Shown: positions 37,436 through 50,372 of the stretch, in pieces
How the letters are laid out: every line of letters begins with the position of its first letter
Position numbering within the stretch: position 1 is the first letter of the stretch
DNA from: Bilabrum cf. latius
Taxonomy: Eukaryota
Direction of reading: 5' to 3'
Length of the DNA: 64,000 nt
NCBI GenBank assembly: GCA_965178125.1
Contig: OZ237754.1
Coordinates: 620,001-684,000 of the forward strand
The notes under the pieces: model-generated
What the model was told of the DNA's origin: nothing
Database searches by the model: none
The model's input: the letters and a program-made list of their open reading frames with translations, nothing else
Program-made: the position numbers and the translations under genes

Positions 37436-40400
37436 TCAGTCTGCAACCCCAGAGTCCCTGGACACCTGCAGCAGCAACGCCCTAAGCATGGCCGGCAGCC
37501 TGCGCCCGCCCACAGTCGCCACACCCTCCTCCCCTCCCACGGTAGGTGCCAGCGCCGAGTCCCCCTCCGGCCTAGTGGCAAAGAAACTCTCCTCCGCGAT
37601 GGCGACCAGGCTGTTGAGAGCCACGTACAGCAGGAAGAACTCGAAGGACACGAGGTACAGGGCCAGGAATCCAGGCAGCCAGTGCCTCGCCGCCACCACA
37701 GAGTCGAGGCCGTATTCGTCGATGCTGTAATCATCCGTGTCCCCCTAGTCCTCGGGACCGACGTCATCGTCTCGGAAATGGTCGTCGTCACCGGGGGCAC
37801 CTGACGGATCAAGGCCGATTGGGTCGTGCAGGGGCCCCAGCAGGAAGCCCCAGTGGTTCATGTCCGTCCGCTGCTGCATCGCCTCGGGAACGCCGATCAC
37901 CAGCGTGGAGACGTGGTCAAACGTCTCGCGCATCGCGTCTCCGTTCATGAAGGCGAACAGCGTGAGCGCCGACCTGTTGCTGGAGCTGAACCTCAGGCTG
38001 TACCGGCCGAATATAGCCACCCCTAGCAGTACGTACGCCATGAAGATGGGCCCGGCACCTGCGAACAGCTCGAGGATCCTGCCCCACGCCCGGGCGATTG
38101 TCCCGCTGACTGCGAACCACAGTGGGTAGGGCTCCGTGTAGTGCACGAGGCCCAGGCACAGCAAAAAGCTGCCCAAAGTGAGCACCCACCGCAGATGGCC
38201 GGCGCTGCCAGTCACGATGGTTGCAGTGGCCCACGCCCCGTGTTCGTGAGACCGGTGCGCGTGCTGATCCACGGCCACCGCAAGCCCCTGCAGCATGGCG
38301 GCGATCGCCCACACTGAGACCACCCCCGCGCCGATCGTCGCGATCAGCAGCCAGGGCCTCAGCATCTGGAACCTGTCCCAGGCGCTCGTCTGCTGCCAGA
38401 TGGCCTGCAGCTAGTCCACTCGACGGTGCATGAGGGCAGCGGCGCGACCGGCCGGGTCCTCCTCCAGCCCAGCTGCGATGTCGGACCGCACATCAACGGC
38501 TCCGTAACCCCGTCCACCGCCGTACCCGTACGTGCCATCCCCAGACAGCTTGCTGTCCTCGTCACCGCCGCCCCCCTCCCCGCGCAAGGGCCCGTAGGCA
38601 CCGTTGAAATCAGCGCCATCGTCCCCCACGTTGATGCTGCTTACCACTGAGGACTCACGGTGCACAATCCCGCGGGGCGACACGACTGCAGAGACGGGGT
38701 GACCGGCAGGAGGGGAGCCCACACCGAGCGAGGCAGCGTGCAGCACGCCGGCAGGGGGGGCACCCACGCGCCCGGCCGACTGTCGGGCACTACCAGTAGT
38801 TGCAGCAGCAGCAGCAGCAGCACTTGTGCCGAGCATCGCCGACCCCGAGCTCGCTTCTCGAGAAATGCCACCACCGCTGCCGCTGCTTACCCCGGGCATG
38901 ATCCCGCCAGCGAGCGCCAGCCTCGACTGCGTCCTGAGTCTCCGAAGCACCCCCCTCGGCATCCGCCGCATGATGGACGCGGGCCGACCGCCCGCAGACT
39001 GCAAGGCAGACGCACCTGCGCCTGTGCCGCCGCGGCCCAGTCGGTCCAGATCGCTCGCGTTGAGAGGCCCGACCACGCTGCTGGCGGCCACGGAAAAGGT
39101 GGCCGAGCTGCCGGCGGAGAGCGCCCTGGGCCTCGATGCAAACACAGGCAGCGGACCCACGGCCGCGTTCTCCTCCGTGGCGCCTTCCGGGGCGCGCGCT
39201 GCGCTACTGCCCCCTGCTGGAGAGCCCCTGCCTCTGTCCTGCACGAAAGGGCTGCTGCTGGACGGCTCGTCACCCAGGCCCCCCACGCCGGTGGTCGCCC
39301 CGTTGAAGGAGCTGGCCCTGTCCCGGCCCGTTCGCGAGAAGGAGGCTGTGCTGAACACAGAAGACTGCACTCCTTTGGAGGATCTCTCTCGGGCCAGGGT
39401 CCCCTTCCGCCTGGAAGCAGAGGACTCTGCTCCGCCGGAACCCGCAGAAGAGTGCCGACGGTGGCCTCCCCCACGGCCGTTCAACTCGACGCCCGTGCCC
39501 TCAGCGGCCCGTGATCTCCTGCGGTCGTACCCTGACGATGACCTCCTCCTCCTCTTCCTTCTTGCTCTCTCAACGGACATGCTGCCGTCGCTGCCGGCAC
39601 CCGATTGCCTCCCTTCGTCGAGTGAATGCTCCTGCTCCTCCTCGTCGTCCTCCTCCGCCTCCAGCAGCACGATGTTCAGCATCACCACCACACCTTGCAC
39701 CAAGCTCCACACCCCAAGCGCAGTAGTGAGCACGGCACTGCCCAGCAGTACAGCCACTGCAACTGCCCTGCCAGTATGCGCGCCGTAAGTAGCTGCATCA
39801 AGCAGCACCCAGCCCAGACCCGCACGTGTCGCATCATCCATGCCAAGCACAAGGTCGTCTGGCCCCACCGCGGCCTCACTTCCATTCAGAACCGATCTAG
39901 CGCCACCATTTGCTGCCAACAGGTCGCTATCAATAAATTCACGATAGCGAAAATTAGCACCAACACCAGCACCATCGTGAGCGTCAGCACCAGCACCAGC
40001 ATCAGCCAGACTCGAAACCTCCCCAGTCCTGTACTTGCCCCTGCCATACCCCCCAGTGACCTCGTACCCCTAAGGCCTCGCTGCTCCCGGGCATGGGCCC
40101 ATGAGATGCGCCACCGAGCTGACACCCACGTAGCCCCTCGCCGATGCGTCCAGAACCGTACGGATGCGCCACTGCAGGCAGCCCAAACGCGGCGCCAGCG
40201 CAGAGCTGTCCGGCGTGGCTTCATCCCACGTTCTGAGTGGAAGGACGATCTCGGCCCGCACCAGGCGCTGGGCGAAATTAAGGCCGAGCTGCTTGGTCCG
40301 AAACATGGGCGGGAGGGCCTCTGTGGGGTTGCCCATGCTCCACCGGATCGTCTTGGTGGGGGCGCTGGTGAGCGGGGCGGCGTCCGCGGCTGCGTCCGAC

Positions 40401-41047
40401 CACCATGTTTCATCGAGCAGGTCTGCCTTGCCATAGGCGCGTTCCAAGTGGACTGCTGTATGCTTTGCATTCAGACTATGGTTGACTTGCTTATTGTTGC
40501 TCTGGCTCTGTGGCCAACCGATGCAACCCATCCCGCCAGCGTTCGCGATGGTTAGGTTCGCCACGCTTACCTCAACCGGCATGGAGGCAAAGCATGGAAG
40601 CAGAGCGTACTAGCGGGCCTGTCCGACCAAGAAATCTTCAACTTCGCTCCCCTTGAACAAGAACAGCGGTGGGTAAGGGTAGTCTGTAATGTCGGTGACA
40701 AATCGGTTCTGCGCCCACTGAGGCCACACCCACACGGATGCATCTGGTATTGCTCTCGAGTCAATCCCAACCACAGATGATACTGAACCCCCTATGAGCA
40801 TTCCGACGATCACAGTAACGGCATGACATAGCAGCAGCCATGGGATCTACCCGCGTTTGGTCTATTCCCATACTCCTAGGCTTTCTTCAACGATCAAACT
40901 CTCCAGCGACGGGTTGGGATGCAAGGAACAGCATGTTCTTTGTCTAGAACAGCAACTCATGAGCGCTAGAATCCCATCAATGGTGATTAATAGTGGCCAC
41001 TTGCACTTGGAGCCCGGCTTGACGATGAGCCGTTGTAACGTGCACAT
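37436..41047 (-). CDS. Mucolipin/TRPML (polycystin-family) cation channel; 5' end uncertain
   Basis: Pore region LGVAIFGRYSLRFSS...LTLFAFMNGDAMRETF, S6 LYLVSFEFFLLYVALNSLVAIAEESF, S1 region IPWLLLCHAVTVIV. Continuous frame with TAG at 40862, 40847, 40610, 40070, 38411 and 37745; TGA at 37436. Confidence 0.8.
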
Positions 41048-41118
41048 TCGAGCGGTGGATTTTTGTGTTCTTCTCGGCGGAAGTTCAACTGCGCATTTAC
41101 AGGTCAGTAGGAGTTCAC

Positions 41119-43696
41119 ATGGCCGCCGAATTCAAGTCACAGGGAGGCGATGCAGCTAAGGCAGCTGATCCTACGATCTCTGCGTAGAACGCAGCCTAGG
41201 CCTTGAAGATGAAGGACCTTGGCAACAAGGCACTCAAGGAGAAGAAGTATGCTGAAGCCGACGCCATGTACACTGCTGGCATCAAGCTGGACCCCTCCAA
41301 CCATGCACTATTCTCTAACCGATCTGCTGCGCGCCTCATGGCCAAGAACGTGGATGGTGCAGTGGAAGATGCGAAGAAGTGCACTGAAATCGCACCGAAG
41401 TGGAGCAAGGGCTTCGGCCGTCTTGGTGAGTCCCATACACCTAGATTTTGCTGGCACGCATCCATGATACAATTTATTTTCAAATGGTTATTGTGTATAA
41501 TCAGTTTCGTCACGTTTTATGCTCTATGGCTCTGAGTCACTTGGTTCCCTCGGCGCGTTTGAATGTCCACTTCGGTTCGCAGGCGCCGCGTTGCTGCAGA
41601 AGAAAGATTTCACCGGGGCAATCCAGGCCTACTTGCAGGGACTCATGATCGACCCCACGAGCCCCGCTCTCACCCAGGGAATGTAGCGCGCTCAGCTCGC
41701 CGCCTCTGGCAAGGCTCCTCAGCCCAAGGCCAAGGCAGCCAGCGGCGGTGCGGGCGCCAAGCCCGCGGCAGCCACGTCGGGCGAAAGCGAAACCAAGAGC
41801 GAGGAGCCCACGGGCCCCAAGCTGGACACCTCTCCCGTCATCGGAATCGACCTCGGAACCACGTACAGCTGCGTGGGCGTGTGGAGGGGCGAGCGCGTGG
41901 AGATCCTCGCTGACCAGGAGGGCAACCGCACCACCCCATCCGTCGTTGCATACACCGAGGAGGGGCTCCGGCTCGTGGGCCGGGCTGCGGTGGCACAGGC
42001 GGCGCGCAACGCCAGGAACACGGTGTATGACGCCAAGCGTCTCATCGGCGGGCGCATGTCTGACTCCGCCGTGGAGGCAGACGTGGAGCGGTTCCCGTAC
42101 GAGGTGAAGGCAGGCAAGGACGACCGTCCCGTGATCCACGTGCAGCACGGGGGCAAGGACCTGTCCATGGCCCCCGAGGAGGTGTCTGCCGCAGTGCTGA
42201 CCCACATGAAGGGAATCGCGGAGGCGCAGCTGGGCCACGAGGTCAAGCGAGCCGTCATCACCGTACCCGCTTACTTCAACGACGCCCAGAGGCACGCCAC
42301 GAAGGCGGCCGGCGCCATCGCCGGGCTGGACGTGCTTAGGATCATCAACGAGCCCACTGCGGCTGCCCTGGCCTACGGGCTGGATTTCAAGGCCAAGGAG
42401 GACGAGAAAGCCGAGGAGGACGGGCCGTCCTCCGGCGCGGGCGACGCCGACAAGCCCGCCTCTAGGAGCGTGCTCATCTTCGACCTGGGCGGAGGCACCT
42501 TCGACGTGTCGCTGCTGCAGATCGAGGACGGCATCTTCGAGGTCAAGGGCACCCACGGCGATACCCATCTCGGCGGCGAGGACTTCGACAACAACCTCGT
42601 CGATTTCGTGCTGGCGGCCATCAAGCGCTCCCACGGGAAGGACCTCAAGGGTGACATGCGCGCCAGCAAGCGCGTGCGCGCCAGCTGCGAGCGCGCGAAG
42701 CGCACCCTGTCCACCCAGGACAAGGTGACCATCGTGGCGGAGGGCGTGCTCGACGGCGAGGACGCGGAGGTGACTGTGAGCCGCGCCAAGTTCGAGGCCC
42801 TGAACATCGAGCCGTTCCAGAGGTGCCTCGACACCGTCAAGCGGGTCATGGTAGAGGCCAAGGCTGACCCCGAGGACGTCATGGACGTGGTGCTTGTGGG
42901 TGGCTCGACAAGGATCCCCAAGGTGCAGGAGATGCTCAGGGAGTTCTTCGGCGGCAAAGAGCTCTGCAAGAGCATCAACCCCGATGAGGCCGTGGCCTAC
43001 GGTGCCGCCGTGCAGGGCGCCATCCTGAGCGGCCAGAGGCACAGCGCCACTGAGAGCCTCCTTCTGGTGGACGTGGTGCCCCTGTCTCTGGGCATCGAGC
43101 TCACCGGGCAGATCTTCTCGGCCATCATCAAGCGCAACACGGCCATCCCCGCCAGCGCCTCCAAGACGTACACCACGGAGGAGGACTTCCAGGACGCCAT
43201 CGACGTCAAGGTGTTCGAGGGCGAGCGCAAGTCTACCACTGGCAACAACCTGATCGGCGAGTTCGAGATCTCCGGCATCCAGCGCGCCAAGCGAGGCGTG
43301 CCCCAGATCGCGGTGACCTTCAACGTTGACGCCAACGGAATCCTCAACGTGCGCGCGTACGACAAGACCACCATGGCAGAGGCTAGCATCACCATCACGA
43401 ACGCCAGGGGCAGGAGACCCGCCGAGGAGATCGAGAGGATGGTGGCGGATGCTGAGAGGATGAAGGCCGCCGACGAGATGAGGGCAGCTGCGGTGGAGGC
43501 CCGCTCCGAGCTGCTCGCGCTGTGCGACGACACGATGGAGATGGCCGAGGGACGGCACGACAAGGAACTCAAGGAAGCGACCGAGAACGTGGAGGCGTGG
43601 GCCCGCAGCGCCGGGCTCAGGTCCAGCATCTTGGAGATCCAGGCCAAGCGCAGCTTCCTCATGGAGAAGCTGGACAAGTCCATGCGCGGCAAGTAA
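41119..43696 (+). CDS. TPR domain (STI1/HOP TPR1-like) fused to Hsp70
   Basis: ATG 41119; TAG at 41185, 41197 and 41684; intron 41426-41582. [12 protein letters not shown]...LFSNRSAA...[12 protein letters not shown]. Hsp70 signatures [49 protein letters not shown]. Stop is TAA at 43694. Confidence 0.92.
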
Positions 43697-44114
43697 TTGA
43701 TTCGTGCGATTGCGAGCAGCAGCAAGCAGCAGCAGCAGCCACCGGCGACTTGCCGAGGTCACTTTGGAGTTTGAAGCACACTGCGGGTCTCTGGTGTGGT
43801 AGGGGGCGGTATTGGGAAAACCGAGGATATCGCGTGTCACTGTTGTTCTCCCGCGCGTTATTGCCAGGACGGATGGTCTTGCGCGGATCGGATCGGATCG
43901 GGATCGGATCACAAAGGAAACACGACGCCGAGAGCCGTCGCGGCGAAGTCGTGGTCGGTGGTCGGTCCCTGATAGGAAAGCAAGTTGATTCCACAAGGCG
44001 TTACAACTCTATTCAAACGATTTAAATATGTCTACAGTACTTGCATCTCACTACAATGCCACGGTCCGATCACCACGCTTCACACGACACGCTGACCTGA
44101 CGCCCATCAGCCCA

Positions 44115-46430
44115 TCAGCCCATCAGCCCAGACCCCGCCTCTGTGAGCTGCAGCTGCTGGCCGCGGATGGAGCGCCCCGCCGGTGGAGAACTCTCGTTGG
44201 AGCTCACGGACGAGTCCTCGTCGTCGTCCAGGATTCCCCTGCCTCTAGCCTTGCGCCTGCGGCGCAGCGTCTTCCGCTTGGGGGCAGCATCCGCCGCACG
44301 GCCCACGGCCTTTCCTGACGAGGACGACGAGGCCACGAGCTTAGATGCAGGTGGCGAGTCGGCAGGCTTGCCTCTTGCCGCGCGCTGCTTCCCGCGCGGT
44401 TGCGGCGCATCGCTTTCCATGGCTGGCTGTGCCGCTGGGCTGGTGCCGTTGCTCCCGCCCGCCGCAGAAGCGTGCTACAGCTTGTCAAAGACCTGGACTT
44501 GCACGCCGCCGAAGGATACGCGAGAGGCGCGGCGATCTCCCGAAAGGGACAGACCCATCAAATCTTCTTCGTCCTCGTCGTCGTCCTCGTCGTCATCGCC
44601 GCATTTGTGTTCGTGAGCCGCATCGCCGGTGAATAGCACCTCCTTCTTCTTCCCCTCACCTGGAGTGGGCCCCTGCCCCTGCGCTGCTACAGCACTGCTC
44701 GGGCTAGAGCCTCTTGCACTTGGCCTGGCAGCGCTCATAGGACCGGTGCGATGCTAGACCGTCCTCGAGGCCGTGCCAGCGTGCGACCAGGACCCACCAG
44801 CTGCCCGGGAGCCCGCCGCATCTGCTGCGCTGCTAGCAGTAGCAGCAGCTGCTGGCCCGCCTCGACCAGCTCCTGCGCGACTCGCCTCTTCTTGCCCCGC
44901 GCTGTATGGTGGTGCTGCTTCTTTCGCGCTGGGTCTCTGCGCTCCTGCTTGGCGGGCGGCCAGAGCGCGCGCAATCGTCACGCACACCGCGATCCGGTTG
45001 GACAGCAGGCGCTTCGGATCGAAGGCCCTGAGCTCCGGGAGCCAGCGCTCGCCGCTAGACAGAGACGCATGGCTGGACGATGCGTCTGGCGTGGAGAACT
45101 TTGCTCTCGCTCTCCGCTCCACGTTTGTCTGCAGAACCGTCCTGGGGCAGCACACCTCGTCCGATCCAGCCAGCCGCATCAGCATGGCTGGGCAGCCCGA
45201 CGGAGCCACCATTAGGGCTTCTTTGCCTCTTGGTGACTCGTTGAGGGGCACAAGAAGGAACCATTGGGTGTACCCCGGCGCGCCCTGCCCTCCCCCCCCT
45301 GGGAGTGCGTAATCGAGCCGGCACACGACGCCATGCTGCTGCCCTCGAAGCGTTGCGAGCACGCGAGAGAGCTCGTCTCGAGAGCGAGCGTGCGCTCCAG
45401 CACCATCATATGTAGACCCTTTGCTGGTCGCCTCTGCCGGCTTGGTTGCGCGACTTGGAGCGGCTGACACGAGGACCGGAGCGCCGACAAAGTCGATCGG
45501 CGACACGTCGCCAAGATTCACGCGGTGCACGGCGCGAAGATTCCCTGTTGACCGAAGAAGCATTCGATTCAAGCGCATCTCTGATCGAGGGAGGCTTGCT
45601 GCTGCCTCCAACGACCCGCCCTGCAGCAACAGGGGGATAGGATTCGGCTGCTCGCCGGGAGCAAGTGCTTCGATGCTGTCCGAGCGCAGCACCACTGAGG
45701 TTGCTGGCAGCAGCGCCGACCTAAACATGCTCCTCAACGTAACTTGCGCATCATTATCAAATCTATTGATAACTTCCATCACGCCAAACGATGCCAGTCC
45801 ACACATTACGTGCTCCAAATTGTCCTGGAAGCGGCCCATGGCTTGCACGCCGTCTCTTGCTACTTTGCCTGATATGTCAGAGCAATCCAGCATGCAAATA
45901 CTACCTTTTCGTACTTGCAGACCGGTGAGTATTCTACGGAGGGATTCTCCGCATTCAGGCCGGGAACACTCACTCGGCGATGCACCGAGCACGACGCATA
46001 CAGAGACTGCCGATGCCCTCATCGACCGCAGCTTGTTCTCAGCAGCGGAAAGTATATCCCCAAGAGATATGTCTCCTTTGTATCCGCGTCCGATTTGGCT
46101 TTGCAAGTCGGAAGCCATAGCTGACGCCAGGGCCGCTTGCTGGTCTCGGCGAGCAAGCTGCTATGAAACGCGCGCCACAGCTTCCTGTAAGGCAGCGCAT
46201 GATGTCCCAGCCGTAGCATCTGAAAAAGAGATAACGGTTATTTTGTCCTTGTCTTCTAAGAGCACAGCATGGTGTCGCTTTGCAGATGAGGAGCAAATGC
46301 TGGCAGCAAGCAATTCCTACGACAGAAGTCGGTTGAGAAGTCGCCCCAATGCAAGCGCTGCAGAAGCAGCACTACCGAACTGCTTCAACAGCATGCACGG
46401 ACGGCAATCGACGATAATCAAGGAGCTCAT
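44115..46430 (-). CDS. Protein of unknown function with a possible vWA-like N-terminus and an RVxF (RVSF) motif in a disordered tail
   Basis: ORFs 46317.., 44754..46118, 44475..44738 and 44115..44420 share one frame joined by TAG (46317, 46161, 44754, 44475). Stop is TGA at 44115. Confidence 0.6.
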
Positions 46431-46564
46431 CTTCTGACAGCTCGCTGAAATGAGCTGCATTTCAGAAGCGAGCACCATGCGATACTGGTCGCAACCAAAT
46501 CGAGGCTGGGCCAGCTGAATTTTGGTCGCACTGCAAGGAGCACAACGCAAGCTCGATATCGTAT

Positions 46565-49500
46565 TCACTACAAATCTGACTCGTACAACGCCTCATCTCC
46601 CCCCCAAGGCTCGCTGTGGCTCACCCCGTACCTGTCCATGGCGGCGAACACCTCCTCCTGCGAAGACATGGGGATGGGCTGGCCCTGGTGCCTGAGCTTC
46701 TCCCCACTCCCGCGCAACGACACGGCGGCAGCCCCTGCGGCCTTGCCTTCCTTCCCGCTGGACTCCGTCCCGTCCATGTCCACGCCTTCCTCCTCCATCT
46801 CCTTCATCCTCTTGTCCACCAGCGCCATCAGCTCCTCGTCCGACAGCTCCCCCTCTCCCTCTGCCTCACCCTCACCCCCGGCCATCTCACGCACACCCTC
46901 CGACTCAGACAACTCCACGCCAGCCCCCGCCTCGGACTGCAGCAGCAGAGATGGGCTGTACACCTTGTACCCGCCGTAGATCCACGTGGCATGGGCGCCA
47001 TGCCACCTCCTGTGCCTAGAGTCCGTTGTCCACTTCAGCCAGCAGTGGTGGTTGTGAATCCACACGAACGACTTGCACCTCTTCTCATACTGGCACGCGA
47101 TGCAGCACGCCTACGGATTCCGAGTAAACACGCGCCTCACGTCCCTGCCCGGCCCCGGGTCGAAGCCCACCTGGATGTTGCAGGTCTTGTACTTGTCCTT
47201 TTGCGCCTGATTCTGCCGCTTCTAGGCCTCGGTGCGGGCTGCCTGGGCCGCGTCCGCGTGCCCCTTGGCGCTGTTCCTGGCGCCCTCGGCCTGTTTGGCC
47301 ACTTCCCCGATGGCCGCCTGGGTCTTGGTGGCATCATCGGCGATCGCCTTGGCCTGGTTGTGCGCGGTCTTGGCCTTGCCAGCATGCGAGGCAGCCTGGG
47401 CCTTGGACGTCTCGGCGGCCTGTGCGACTGGCTCCGTCTTCTTGGCTACGTCCGCCGCATGGACTGCGTTCAGCCTTGCCCCCTCGGCACCGGATCCAGA
47501 CTTCTTGGCGGCTGCTGCCACAGCATCTGCGGAAGCATGAGTCGCTTTCGCTGCTGTGGTGGTTGTCTTGACTGACTCGGTCAGCGTCTCGGCCGCCTCT
47601 AGTGCCTTCTGTGCACCTGCCTGAGCCGCGTCTAGCCGCGTCTGGATCTGATCCCGAACTGCCTTGGCCTAGCTGTGCTGCTCCTCTGCCTGCGTGCTGG
47701 CGGTGGTGGTGGAGGCCGACTTGCTGAGCACGGGCTTGACCTGCGCGTCAGCCGCGTCCGCATGCGTGGACGCTGCAGCGGACTGCACCTTGGCTGCCTG
47801 GGCGCTGGTGGCCCCTGCCTCGGCCGATGCCGCGCTGGCATCCCGGTGTCCCTCCGCGGCTGCCTTGCTCTTCTCGGCGGCCTGCTTGTCCGCCTGAGCC
47901 GCATCATGGGCTTTCTCAGTGGCCTCACGACCGCTATCTGCCTTGCCCCTATGTTCCCTAGCAGAGGCCGCGATGGACTGTACCTTGTCTTCACCCTTGT
48001 CAGTGGCGAGCGCGTTCCGCTTTGCCTCTTCCGCGGCACTGGCTGCTTTCTTGGCAGACTCGGCGGCTTCGTCCGCAAGAGACTCTGCCTCTCGCGCGTG
48101 TTCCTTGGCCGTGGCCTCGCTGCTCCTCGCCTTGGCCCGCGCCTCCTCTGCCCTGGCCTCCATGCCCTCGCCCGCGTCCTTGGCATTGCCCAGCGCAGCA
48201 TCCAGCGCCTCCACCGTGCGGCCGTGAGCGATCTCAGCCTTGGCCCTGTTGTCGTTGGCTGCAAGTGTATTCTGCTGTGTCTCATCCGCGTGCTTCTTCC
48301 CTGCCTCCTCAGACAGCTTCGTGGCATCCCTGGCCTCGAATGCCGCCTTGCGGGCCTCCTGCACCTCACCGGCGTGCTCGACGGCCTTGCTGCGGGAAGA
48401 AGCAGCACTGGACGCAGCCATCTTGGTCATCGACACGACGTCTGCCAGGTCTGGCAGTGCGTCTTCGGCCACCTGCGCGTGCTGCGCTGCAGTGCGGTGC
48501 GCCTCCGCCGCGGACTCGCTCTCCTCCCCAGCGCCCACCTTGTGCTTGCTCGCAGTCTCAGCAGCGGACGTGGCTTCGCTCTCGTCTTCCTGGGCGCTCG
48601 TGGCAGACTCGCTGGCGCTGGCGCTGTGGCCCTCCGCCCCGATGGCGTCGTGCCTTGCCTGCTCCCGCCGCAGCTCGGTGGAGTCAGCGTCAGCATCCGC
48701 CTGCTCCGACAGAGCCACAGCCGAGTCCCTCGTCTCCTGGGCGGCCTCCTCGTGCGCCTGGGAGACAGCAGAGGCGGTCTCGGAGCGGGCCGCGTGCTCG
48801 CCCGCCTCCTCGCGGGCAGCGATGGCCATCGACTCGTGCTGGACCACAGTCTCTCGCGTATTGCCGGTGTCTTCGGAATGCTTCTCAGTGATGATGGTGT
48901 GCTCTTCTGCAATCTTGACGCTCTGCCCGCCCTCGGTGGCCAGCTCTGCAGTGCGCTTGGACGACGCCCCGGCCTCTACGGCCCACTTGTGCGCGCGTTT
49001 AGAAGCAGTGTCGGCGTCCTGCATCGAAGCGCTCGTGGACTGCACACCTTCCGCGCTGGCCCTGGTGGCGCTCAGCTCGGCGCTGTCGCTGGCCTCCTGC
49101 GCTCGTCCCTCCTCCTCCTCTGCATCCAGGCGGGCGCGTGTGGCGCCCTCGGCGTCTTGGCGAGCGTGCCTGGCGAACTCCTGCGCCTCCATCTCTGCCT
49201 CTCTGGTCTTGGTTGCAACCACTTCGAGGGAGTGCACCCTGGACTCGGCGGTGGCTGCCTGCTGCATGGCCTCCTGGGAGTAGGACCGGGCCTCTCGGGC
49301 TGCTGCCTCGGTGTCTGCAGCCCTGTCTTTCTCCTGTACCGACGCATGCTCCGCCACCTTGCGTCCCTCTTTGGCTTCGTCGACGTGGGCCTGAGCCTCC
49401 GCCACTAGCTCCCTCACACGCTTCAGCCGAATCAGACCCGCGTCTGCACCGTCTTGCGCATCGCCCAATGAATTTTCAGCTCGATCGACGGCGTCATGGG

Positions 49501-50066
49501 CCGCTTTCTGGTCCTCCTTGGATTGCTGGTCGATGGCGTAGGCCCTGTTGGCCTCCCCGATGGCAAGGCGGGCCACGCGCTGCGCCGTCTCGGCTGCATC
49601 GATGGCAAGTCTGGCTGCTTTCACAGCGGCCTGAGTTTGCGTCGTCATGAGTGGCTCGGGCGACGGCTTAGGCTTGTCCATGACCACCGGCACAACGACT
49701 ACACTCGGGTCCTCGGGAGGCTCGCTAGCTTCGGCCGGTGCGATGCCTGGTTCGGCCGGATCAGCTCGACGCTGCAACAACTCCATTCGTCCCAGTAGCT
49801 CGACATCAATCTAACGATTCCTTCGAGCCACCGAGTGCCTGCCTTGGTTCTTTGGATGCAGCTGGTGATCCCTTCCTGCGGCCTCGTGAGTAGCTGTGTT
49901 GTGCATACCTAGTTTGTAGCCACAGTCACCATGTTTGAATATGACCAGCTTCTGGGAAGATAACACAAATAGAATAGCTTGTAATCTAAGACTCACCTTG
50001 TGCTGCACAAAGGACGCAAAAAACAGCGCCCAGAAGCAAAGCTGCTTTCATGGCAGATCGCCCCAT
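46565..50066 (-). CDS. Secreted Ala/Glu-rich coiled-coil protein with C-terminal PAN/Apple-like domain, copy A
   Basis: Signal peptide MKAALLLGAVFCVLCAAQG followed by a GTGAGT intron (~49909-49996), a long helical stalk, and ACCIACQYEKRCKSFVWIHNHHCWLK. TAG at 49811, 47669, 47222, 47111 and 46568; ends TAG-TGA. Confidence 0.8.
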
Positions 50067-50372
50067 CGGCCAAACTGCCCTGCAATTGATCAACAACCAA
50101 CAGAACAGCCTTCAGACTGAGCAATTTATGTATAAGTCACACGATTAAGTCTGTAAGTACTTCAGCCTAGTGCTTTGAAGCGCCATTGAAAAAGAAATGA
50201 GAAATGGATTACGTACACGCAACAATAAAAACGTGCTGGCTTTTTGCTGTTTATGACCAAACTAGTTGCCCCACATGGCCCAACAGAGGTAAACTGGGTA
50301 CAGATTGATTGTAAACCAGATAGAATCAAGTTTGGACTTGGTAATTATCTGAATCAGCGAACTGAGGAGGCC

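Noticed and set aside
43884-43910. (CGGAT)n microsatellite downstream of Hsp70
   Set aside because: Short, imperfect simple repeat in a 3' intergenic region with no evidence of function.
41537-43996. 819-aa minus-strand ORF
   Set aside because: Antisense shadow of the GC3-rich Hsp70 gene, a well-known artefact; no protein-like motifs.
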